DNA of 64,000 nucleotides, from positions 4,259 to 68,258 of the forward strand of contig CANFIN010000002.1 in NCBI GenBank assembly GCA_947447155.1, read 5' to 3'. The notes beneath the pieces were generated by a model. That model worked only from the letters and a program-made list of their open reading frames with translations. It did no database searches and was not told the DNA's origin. How positions within the stretch are numbered: position 1 is the stretch's first letter; the number at the start of each line of letters is the position of its first letter. Position numbers and translations under genes: made by a program. This document shows, in pieces, positions 20,613-30,700 of the stretch. This DNA is from Bacteroidota bacterium. GTDB taxonomy: Bacteria; Bacteroidota; Bacteroidia; AKYH767-A; OLB10.

Positions 20613-22067
20613 ATGCGTCGTTTGTTATTTATTCTCATTTTAGCTTTTTCCAGCAGTACATTATTTTCAAAAGGTCTGCAGGCAAAGTTTACTTGGTGTT
20701 CGTTCTACGCACCTGGAAACGGACCGTATGTAGAAACTTATTTAGATGTTACAGGGCAGTCTTGCAATTTTGCAAAAGTTGTCTCTGGGAAATTTGCAGC
20801 ATCAATTGAAGTAACACAGGTGTTCTATCTCGGCGATTCAATCAAAGCATTTAATAAATACAATTTATTGAGTCCAGAAACGGATGATACCGCTAGATTG
20901 GTCTTTAATTTTACCGATCAGCAGCGTGTTTCATTAGCAAATGGTAATTATGTGATAGAGCTTAACATTAAGGATAAAAATAATCCAGGTGCAAAGCCTT
21001 ATGTATTGAAGGATAAAATCAAAGTTGAGTATTATCCAAACATTGTTGCGATTTCGGATATTGAACTCCTTACTGAGTATTTAGCCAATACAGTTAATTC
21101 AAAAGTTAATAAAAATGGCTACGATTTATTTCCGCAAGTGAATAACTTCTTTGATAAAAATCAAAACTCACTAAAGTTTTATGCTGAGGTATATAATACA
21201 TCTGAAGTGCTAAATAATGACGCTTATCTTTTAAGTTATCGAATTCAAGCACATGAATCACATCGAATTTTAGATAGCTATTCTAAACTACTTCGTCAAA
21301 CAGCAAAGCCTGTTAATGTGGTAATGGCCGATATAGATATTTCTGAGATGATATCGGGTAATTATGATTTAATGCTTGAAGTTAGAAATCGTAATAATGA
21401 ATTATTGTCAAACCAATCATTGTTTTTTCAGCGTATTCATGCACCATTATTAGCAACGGATAGTAATTACAAAGCAATTGAAGGTACTTTCGTTGCAGCT
21501 ATTACAAACAGAGATTCTTTGTATGAGTCCATCAAATGTCTTTGGCCAATTGCATCAACTGCAGAAAATAATTTTGCCGAAAACAGATTGTTGGCTTCCG
21601 ATATCCGACAGCTACAACAATTTATTTATGACTTTTGGGTAAAGCGAAATCCTGCTAATCCAGCGCTTGCATGGTTTGAATATAAAAAGCAAGTAGACTT
21701 AGTTAACAATGAATTTTCTGCGGGCATGAAAAAAGGATATAATACGGAAAGAGGAAGAGTGTTTTTAATGTATGGTGCACCTAATCAAATTTCAAAACAA
21801 TATAGTGAACCAACTTCTTACCCCTATGAAATCTGGCAGTATTATAAAGTGAAAGATCAAACGAATCGTAAGTTTGTATTTTATACAAAACAACTTGCAT
21901 CAAACGATTTTGAATTGTTGCATTCAGATGCGAAAGGTGAGATTTTAAATATTAATTGGAAAGTTGAATTGCGTAAGCGAACCGAAACGCTCAACGATTT
22001 TGACAAACTGAATCCGAATAATAATTATCAGAATCAATCTGATCAGTTATTCCAAAACCCCCATTAA
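20613..22067 (+). CDS. Secreted hypothetical protein with a C-terminal GWxTPE-like domain. Family assignment is tentative.
   Basis: Signal peptide MRRLLFILILAFSSSTLFS. C-terminal GYNTERGRVFLMYGAPNQIS...YPYEIWQYY resembles the Bacteroidota GWxTDRG...YGxPD...E.W.Y motif. Confidence 0.4.
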   Translation: MRRLLFILILAFSSSTLFSKGLQAKFTWCSFYAPGNGPYVETYLDVTGQSCNFAKVVSGKFAASIEVTQVFYLGDSIKAFNKYNLLSPETDDTARLVFNFTDQQRVSLANGNYVIELNIKDKNNPGAKPYVLKDKIKVEYYPNIVAISDIELLTEYLANTVNSKVNKNGYDLFPQVNNFFDKNQNSLKFYAEVYNTSEVLNNDAYLLSYRIQAHESHRILDSYSKLLRQTAKPVNVVMADIDISEMISGNYDLMLEVRNRNNELLSNQSLFFQRIHAPLLATDSNYKAIEGTFVAAITNRDSLYESIKCLWPIASTAENNFAENRLLASDIRQLQQFIYDFWVKRNPANPALAWFEYKKQVDLVNNEFSAGMKKGYNTERGRVFLMYGAPNQISKQYSEPTSYPYEIWQYYKVKDQTNRKFVFYTKQLASNDFELLHSDAKGEILNINWKVELRKRTETLNDFDKLNPNNNYQNQSDQLFQNPH

Positions 22068-22077
22068 TATTTTATAG

Positions 22078-23088
22078 ATGTCTGCGATAAAAACGGCAAT
22101 CGTTATTTTAAACTGGAATGGGGAAGGTTTTTTAAAAAAGTTTCTTCCGGGTGTTATTCAGCATAGCAAATATATAGCAACAGTATTTGTAGCAGATAAT
22201 GCTTCTAATGATGGATCGATAGCGTATTTAAATTCATTAGGTGAGGATATTAAAATTATTCAGTTTGATGATAATTATGGATTTACTGGTGGATATAACC
22301 GTGCTTTAAAACAAATCGATGCTGAATATTTTGTCTTGTTAAATTCTGATGTTGAAGTCGTATCTGGTTGGATAGAACCAATTATTGATTTAATGGATAA
22401 TAACAAAGAAGTCGGAATTTGTCAACCGAAGATTAAAGGTTATCATCAACCTACACACTTTGAGTATGCTGGTGCCTGCGGTGGATTTATTGATTGGCTT
22501 GGTTATCCATTTTGTAGAGGTCGTTTGTTTAATTCGATTGAAGAAGATTCACACCAATATGAAAATCCCATAGAAGTTTTTTGGGCTACTGGTGCATGTA
22601 TGTTCATCAGATCTAATTTATATAACAAGTTAAATGGGCTTGATGAATATTTTTTCGCACATATGGAAGAGATTGACTTATGTTGGAGAGCACAGTTAAT
22701 AGGGCAAAAAATTATGGTAGTTCCTTCATCAGAAGTATATCATGTGGGTGGCGGTACTTTGCCAAAAAATAATCCTAGGAAGACTTATTATAACTTCCGC
22801 AATAACTTAATGATGCTTTATAAGAACCTACCAGCATCTAAGTTAGTATTCGTGATTGTTGCCAGATTGATTTTAGATGGTGTGGCAGGAATAAAATTTA
22901 TGTTTGAAGGTGATTTTAAAGATACATTTGCGGTATTAAAAGCACACTTAGGTTTTTATAAAAGTTTAATAAATGGAAATATTAAACGCGACAATAGTTT
23001 CAAAAAAACACCAGCTACTGTTTATCAAAAAAGTATTTTGTGGGCTTATTACATTAAAGGAATTCGTAACTATCAATCATTAAAATAA
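22078..23088 (+). CDS. Glycosyltransferase family 2.
   Basis: ILNWNGEGFLKKFLP, a DNASNDGS DxD-like motif and YGFTGGYNRA support a GT-A fold. Confidence 0.75.
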   Translation: MSAIKTAIVILNWNGEGFLKKFLPGVIQHSKYIATVFVADNASNDGSIAYLNSLGEDIKIIQFDDNYGFTGGYNRALKQIDAEYFVLLNSDVEVVSGWIEPIIDLMDNNKEVGICQPKIKGYHQPTHFEYAGACGGFIDWLGYPFCRGRLFNSIEEDSHQYENPIEVFWATGACMFIRSNLYNKLNGLDEYFFAHMEEIDLCWRAQLIGQKIMVVPSSEVYHVGGGTLPKNNPRKTYYNFRNNLMMLYKNLPASKLVFVIVARLILDGVAGIKFMFEGDFKDTFAVLKAHLGFYKSLINGNIKRDNSFKKTPATVYQKSILWAYYIKGIRNYQSLK

Positions 23089-23093
23089 TACTT

Positions 23094-23705
23094 ATGAAGA
23101 TTATTTGTGTTGGACGAAATTATGCGGCACATGCAAAGGAATTAAATAATGCAGTAGAGGAGGAACCAGTTATATTTTTGAAGCCTGATTCCGCTTTGCT
23201 GATTAATAATAAGGATTTTTATCTTCCCGATTTCTCAAATGATATTCATTATGAAACAGAAATTGTAGTGCGTATTAATAAGGCCGTCAAGCATATTGAA
23301 GAGAAATTCGCACATCGTTATTATGATTCAGTAACGGTAGGTGTTGACTTTACAGCCCGTGACCTGCAATCGATGCTAAAAGCGAAAGGTCTTCCCTGGG
23401 AGCGTGCAAAAGCATTTGATGGATCGGCCGTAATTGGGTCTTTTGTGCCGCTGGCAGATGTTGGAATTATATCCGATTTGAACTTTTCCATGAAACTAAA
23501 TGGTCAAACAGTGCAATCTGTTAATAGCTCAGAAATGGTGTTTTCTGTTGATAAGGTTATATCATTTGTTTCTCGTTTTATTACCTTGAAAACAGGCGAT
23601 TTGATTTTTACAGGAACCCCACAAGGTGTTGGGCCAGTAAAGGCTGGTGATCAGCTGATAGGATTTATTGGTGATCGTGAACTATTTAATTTCCACGTAA
23701 AATAA
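23094..23705 (+). CDS. Fumarylacetoacetate hydrolase (FAH) family protein (2-keto-4-pentenoate hydratase / HpcE-like).
   Basis: MKIICVGRNYAAHAKEL...EPVIFLKPDSAL...TGTPQGVG is the typical FAH fold signature. Confidence 0.75.
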   Translation: MKIICVGRNYAAHAKELNNAVEEEPVIFLKPDSALLINNKDFYLPDFSNDIHYETEIVVRINKAVKHIEEKFAHRYYDSVTVGVDFTARDLQSMLKAKGLPWERAKAFDGSAVIGSFVPLADVGIISDLNFSMKLNGQTVQSVNSSEMVFSVDKVISFVSRFITLKTGDLIFTGTPQGVGPVKAGDQLIGFIGDRELFNFHVK

Positions 23706-23830
23706 ATAACGTAAGTTATTAAATTTTAATGGTAAATATTTTTTATTTAAGTTTTTACTTTTACTGTTTTTTCAGGTTAAATGAATCCTTTAATTTGATA
23801 TCTATTTAAAAAACTATTGGTTTTAAGTCT

Positions 23831-24334
23831 ATGGAAATGGTAATTCTTGTCAACGAGCAAGACCAACAAATCGGGTTAATGGAAAAGCAGGAAGCTCACG
23901 AAAAGGGATTGTTGCACCGTGCTTTTTCTGTATTGATTTTTAATTCGATGGGCGAAATGTTGTTACAGCAAAGGGCATTATCAAAATACCATTCACCAGG
24001 GTTATGGACAAATGCTTGTTGCAGTCACCCACGAAATGGAGAAACAATTTTAGAAGCTGCCAACCGCAGATTATCCGAAGAAATGGGCATGAATACATTA
24101 TTAAATGTGAAAACTCATTTTATCTATCGTGCGGAATTGGATAACGGTTTAATTGAGCATGAACTGGACTATATTTTAGAGGGAGTTTCAGACATAAGCC
24201 CCGTTCTAAATTCTGATGAAGTAATGAGCTTTCGTTGGGTATCCATGAATGAATTAAAGGATTGGATTAGGCAAGAGCCATCTCTTTTTACAGTTTGGTT
24301 TTTAAAGCTCTTTGAATATGAAATCGTAACTTGA
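23831..24334 (+). CDS. idi: Isopentenyl-diphosphate delta-isomerase, type 1 (Nudix).
   Basis: LLHRAFSVLIFNSMGEMLLQQRALSKYHSPGLWTNACCSHP and conserved E/C/W residues. Confidence 0.85.
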   Translation: MEMVILVNEQDQQIGLMEKQEAHEKGLLHRAFSVLIFNSMGEMLLQQRALSKYHSPGLWTNACCSHPRNGETILEAANRRLSEEMGMNTLLNVKTHFIYRAELDNGLIEHELDYILEGVSDISPVLNSDEVMSFRWVSMNELKDWIRQEPSLFTVWFLKLFEYEIVT

Positions 24335-24712
24335 TTATTGATTTTTTGGTAAAAAACATTACTATTAAAAATGTAAGAGCTTCGCAAAAATGCATCGTTT
24401 TTTGCCAATTTTGCTTCACTTCGGTTAGAAGGACCTGTTGAATAAGGCCATTAAAAAGCATATAAAAACTATAAAAAATTACATTTCTAAAATCCAATTT
24501 AAATCCTGATTTTTCTTGTTCAGTAGGAAATTTGAGAGGTGGATTCGTTTTTCAGATTTATTCAAAAACAGTAAAATCATACAATTATTAATTAACAATT
24601 AATCTCTCTAAATTGAGTGTTACTACTCATTTTTGAATTGAAAGATTATGATTGAAATAGTTTGATCTTTTTTTATTGAAATTGTAACAAAAAGCAGCTC
24701 ATTTACGAAGAA

Positions 24713-27700
24713 GTGCCTGTTATGAGCCAAAAACTACAAATCTGGATCACCTCACTTCTAATCCTTGTGAGCACGACCTTTAGCCATCAGGCAGTGGCTA
24801 GTCATGCGATGGGAGCTGATCTAACTTATCAATGCCTCGGAGGTAATACGTACAAAGTACGTTTATCCTTTTATCGCGATTGTATTGGAATCCCTGCGCC
24901 AGCCAATGTGTACATAAATGTACGATCGGCTAATTGTAATAAAGCGCTTGGAGTGACAGCATATCCAATTCCAGGGACTGGTCAACAAGTTACTTATCTA
25001 TGTCCTACTGCTACTACAACATGTAATGGTGGAACATTTACAGGAATTCAGGAATGGGTATATGAGGGAATTTTAACACTCCCAATGCAATGTACTGACT
25101 GGCAATTTTCGTATTCACTTTGCTGTCGAAATGCTGCTATCACTACTATTACAAATCCTGGTTCAAACACATTTTATATTTATGCTAACTTGAACAATGT
25201 TGCATCAACCTGCAATAGTTCACCTACATTTTCAAATAAGCCTGTTCCGTTTGCCTGCCTAGGTCAACAATTATGCTTTAACCATGGTGCTATAGATGCC
25301 GATGGTGATTCGTTAGTTTACTCATTAGTTAATCCTCAACAAACAGCTACTGCTGCCGTTGCATACTCGGCTCCTTATAACGCAGCAAATCCTTTAGCTT
25401 CAAGTCCTGCAATGCAATTCAATACTGCAACAGGAGATATTTGTTTTACACCTACACAATTACAAGTAACCGTAATGGCGGTACTTGTTAAAGAATATCG
25501 TAATGGTGTTTTGATTGGTTCTGTTGTCCGTGATATACAGGTAACGGTACTTAATTGCTCTAATGATTTACCTAATCTTACAGGTATCAATGGCACAACC
25601 GATTTTGATATGACTGTTTGTGCGAATACACCAACTTGCTTTAATGTATTTTCAAACGACCCTAATGTTGGTCAGAACCTTTCTGTATTTTATAATAATG
25701 CCATTCAAGGTGGAACATTCAATACAACAACTGCTGCTCATCCAACAGGAACTTTCTGCTGGACACCAACACAAGCTGATATCAGTAACACTCCACACTG
25801 TTTTACGCTACGCGTAGGTGATGATGCATGTCCTTATATCGGATCTCAGACATACTCTTATTGTATTACTGTAACAGGGATTATTGTTAATGCGGGTCCT
25901 GATCAATACATAGCTTGTAGTGATTTAGCAACTGTTTCGGCAAGTGCATCTGGTGGAACGGGTCCATATACATATTTGTGGAGTAATGGATATACTAATC
26001 CAACACAAACTGTTCCGGTAGGTACATATGTGGTTACTGTTTCAGATGGTACTTGTTCTTCTACGGATACAGTTAATGTAATAAGCGCATTTCAACCTAC
26101 TGCCGATTTTACATGGACAGGCGGTTGTGCTGGTTCAACAGTTAACTTTACTGATGCAAGTACTACACAAGGTGGTATTAACACTTGGACATGGAACTTT
26201 GGAGATGGAACAACATCTGGGTTACAAAATCCAACACATGCTTATCCGAATTCAGGAACATACAATGTTTCTTTAATAATTGAAAATATTTATGGTTGTG
26301 TTGATACAATTGTAAAGCCTGTTACTATTGTTCCAATTCCTTTACCTGCATTTACTGTAGATACAGCATGCGTAGGAAGTGGAATTCATTTTATCAATAC
26401 TAGTAGTCCATCAGGCTTAACATATAGTTGGTCATTCAGTAATGGATCAACTTCGGGAATTTCAAATCCTACATTAGTTGTCGGAACATCTGGTAATTAC
26501 TCAGCTACATTAATAGTATTGGATAGCTTAGGTTGCGGTGATACATTAACGAAACCATTTGTCGTACATCCACAACCGATAGCAAACTTTAATCATACTG
26601 GAAGTAACTGTTTAAATACCCCAATTTCATTTACCAATACTTCAACGGGAAGTCCAACATCTTACACTTGGAATTTTGGTGATGGTTCAACTTCAACAGC
26701 TACTAGTCCAACACATAGCTATGCTTCAAGTGGTACATATAATGTATCCTTAATTGCAATGAATAGCTTTGGATGTTTTGATACAATAGTACAACCAGTA
26801 TTTATTAATTTACCTCCTGTAGCTAATGCTGGTCCTGATCAAACAGTTTGTTTGGGAAGCAGTGTTAATCTTTCTGCAACTGGTGGTGTATCTTACTCAT
26901 GGGCACCTGGTAGTTTATCAGGAAATCCTGTTAGCGTTTCTCCATCTAATACAACAAACTATGTTGTTATTGTAACGGATGCTAATGGATGTACTGCAAA
27001 AGATACAGTTCGTATTCTTGTCAATCAATTACCTGTACCAACAGTAAGCGGAAATCAAACTATTTGTGTAGGCCAATCAGCTACATTAACTGCAAGTGGT
27101 GGAGTAACATATTATTGGAATCCATCAGGAAGTACTTCATCGACAATCACTGTGTCGCCAGGTACGTCAACTTCATATGCAGTAAACGTAGTAGATGCAA
27201 ACGGTTGTCAGGGAACTGGTTTCGTGAATGTAACAGTTCGACCAAATCCAACAATCAATCTTCAACCAGCTGTATTCATTTGCTCTGGTGTTAATGCAAC
27301 ATTAGACGCAGGTGCAGGTTCATCATGGCTTTGGAGTAATGGTGCAACGTCTCAAACTATCGCAGTAAATAATCAAGGAATTTATACTGTTACTGTTACT
27401 AATCAATATGGTTGTTCAGCAGTTGCTTCTACGCAAGTAACGGTTGGTGGACAAACCATCAGTAATAATACAGCAATATCAATTTGTCAAGGACAAACTG
27501 CTACAATTAATGCAGGGTATGCTGGAAGTACATATGTATGGAATAATGGCTCAACTGCATCAAGTATTACAGCAACAATATCTGGAGTTTATACTGTTGT
27601 AATTACGGATGCGAATGGATGTAGTGGAACTGTAATGCATACGTTAAATGTACATCCGTTACCTGTTCCAAATTTCACACCTTATGATGTTTGCATAAAT

Positions 27701-30700
27701 ACACCTGTTCAATTTACAGATGTTTCATCATTAAATGGTGATACTATTAATTCATGGTCGTGGGATTTAGGTGATGGAAACGTTTCTTATCAGCAAAATC
27801 CTTTACACTATTATTTATCTTCAGGAACATATCCTATATCATTAACTTTAACAACAAGTGCAGGATGTACTGCATCATTAAATGATACAGTAAATGTGTA
27901 TCCTTTACCTCAAGCATTATTTTCGCATGTTAATTCATGTAGCGGTAATGCAGTGACTTTTCATGATAACTCTACAACCGGAATGGGAGTTGTAAATTAT
28001 TGGTCATGGAGTTTTGGTGATGGTGCAACTTCATCAAGTCAACATCCTTCACACGTTTATGCTGCACCAGGTACTTACAATGTTACTTTAACAGTTGGAA
28101 CAGCAGGTGGATGTCTGGATTCAATCATGGATCAGGTTGTAGTATTTCCAAAGCCTCTAGTAGCATTTAATCCTACAGTAACATCTGCATGTGCTGGTTC
28201 AAGTGTATCATTTACTAATTCAAGTACTACAACTAACGGAGCTATTAACTCATGGATCTGGAATTTTGGTAATGGCCAAACATCAATAGCTGCAAATCCT
28301 TCAGCAGTTTTTACTTCTGCAGGAACCTATACTGTTTCATTAATTGCAACAACTTCTCATGGATGTACTGATACACTTAGAGGATCTGTAACAATTAATT
28401 CTTTACCAAATGCAGATGCAGGAAGTAATGCAAATATTTGTCGCGGTACTACAACAACTTTAACTGCAACAGGTGGTACTGCTTATTTGTGGTCGCCAGG
28501 TGGTTCAAGTAATGCTACAATAAATGTATCTCCAAATAATAATACTACTTACTATGTAACTGTTACTAATGCTGCAGGTTGTACAGCAAGAGACAGCGCT
28601 CGTATAACGGTTATGGATGTACCAAGTGCAAATGCCGGAGCAGATAAAAGTCTTTGTGTTGGGGGTAATGTTAATCTTACAGCAACAGGAGGTGGAACAT
28701 ATTCATGGACTCCTGGAAATTTATCAGGTGCATCAGTATCTGTTAATCCAGCTGCTACTACTAATTACATTGTGACGGTTACATCTTCTAACGGATGTAC
28801 AGCAAAAGATACCGTAAAAGTTAATGTTAATCAATTGCCAATTGCGAATGCTGGACCTGATCAAACAATTTGCGAAGGTGTTACCGCAACACTAACTGCA
28901 ACAGGTGGTTCTACGTATTACTGGCAGTACAATGGTGCAACTACATCTACGGTATATGTTAATCCTATTGCGAATTCTTCGTATGTTGTTACTGTTACAT
29001 CAGCAGCAGGTTGTATAAAAAAGGATACAGTTAATGTAAACTTAGTTGCGAAGCCGATTGTAACATTACCAAATGCATTCTTCTGTACTGGTTTTAGTAC
29101 AGTACTAAATGCAGGAAATCCTGGTATGACTTACGATTGGTCACCAACTGGTGAATCTACTCAATCTATCGTTGTTTCTACACCAGGTGTTTATCAGGTT
29201 GTAGTAACTAATGCAGCCGGTTGTCAAGGAACTGCAGCTTCAACTGTAATTGAAAGTGGAAGTAATTTGTCTTCAAATGCTGTAAATGCAATAGCATGTC
29301 AAGGTTCAACTATTACTCTTAATGCAGGAAATAGCGGAGTGAGTTATTTATGGAGTAATGGTGCAACATCACAAACAATTAATGTGAATACTACAGGAGC
29401 CTACACTGTAACAATAACGGATGCTAGTGGCTGCTCAGGTTCAATAATAAACAATGTAACAATTCATCCTAAGCCAACAGCAAATTTTGTTGCTTCTAAT
29501 GCATGTTTAGGTTTGTCAACAACATTAGTTGATGGTTCTAATTTAAGTTCAGGAAATATTATGTCATGGAGCTGGACGTTGCCAAACGGAATGCTGTCAA
29601 ATACACAGTTCTTTAACTACACATTCCCATCTGCTGGAACATACCCTGTTAAACTTGTTGTAACTTCAGGTAATGGTTGCATCGATTCAATCACACAAAA
29701 TGTGACTATCTATCCGGTACCTACTGCACAATTTTCTGAAAGTACAGTTTGTGAAGGTAATCCTACCGTGTTTGCTAATCAATCTAGCATTCCTGCAGGT
29801 TCAATTTCGACTTACTATTGGAATTTTGGTGATGGCTCAACCGGAATTGGTGTAGCTCCTTCACATACTTATGCAAGTGCAGGAAATTATATTACTACTT
29901 TAGTTGTGCAGTCTGCTTTAGGTTGTATTGATACTTTAATTCAATCATTAAATGTTAATCCAAATCCTATTGCATCATTCTCAGCTAACGATGTTTGTCA
30001 TGGAGATTCAACTGAATTTATCAATGCGTCTTATGTGCCCAATGGAATTCTAAGTGATATTAATTGGGATTTCGGTGATGGTGCATCTTCTACAGATTTA
30101 AATCCGAAACATAAATACGTACAACCTGGAACTTATCATGTAACATTATCGGTTGGTTCTAATCAGGCTTGTAATAAAATATATTCTAAAGATGTAACAG
30201 TTAATGCGCGACCATCAGCAGCTATTTTAGCTGGTAATGTTTGTGATGGTTTGCCTGTTTCATTTGTAGATAATTCAACAATATCGTCGGGATCCATTTC
30301 TGGTTACTACTGGAATTTTGGCGATGGAACTGGAAGTAATAATCAAAATGAAAATCATCAGTATTTATTAGCTGGGACTTATAATATAGTTTTATTAGCT
30401 ACTTCTGATAAGGGTTGCGTAGGTGTTGCTGCTGCGAATACAACGGTGTTTGATCTGCCTTTAGCCGACTTCTCAACTTCTTCAAGTTGCGAAGGTGCTG
30501 CTACTAATTTCACCGATTTGTCATCAGTAGCAAGCGGAACTATAAACTCTTGGTCGTGGTCATTAGGTGATGGAAATACAGCATCAGGTAATGCACCATC
30601 TCATGCCTATATGAATCCAGGAAATTTTATTGTTTCATTAGTGGTGACATCGGCTTCAGGTTGTAAAGATACATTAGAAAAAACAATTAGTGTATATCCT

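Noticed and set aside
24169-24497. Minus-strand ORFs of 79 and 69 aa overlapping the idi 3' end and downstream spacer.
   Set aside because: They are low-complexity AT-rich translations. idi on the plus strand is clear, and there is no conservation signal.
25375-27294. Small ORFs (25375..25596 -, 25620..25817 +, 26989..27294 +) inside the PKD giant.
   Set aside because: They are embedded in a 2586-aa CDS with coherent domain repeats throughout.
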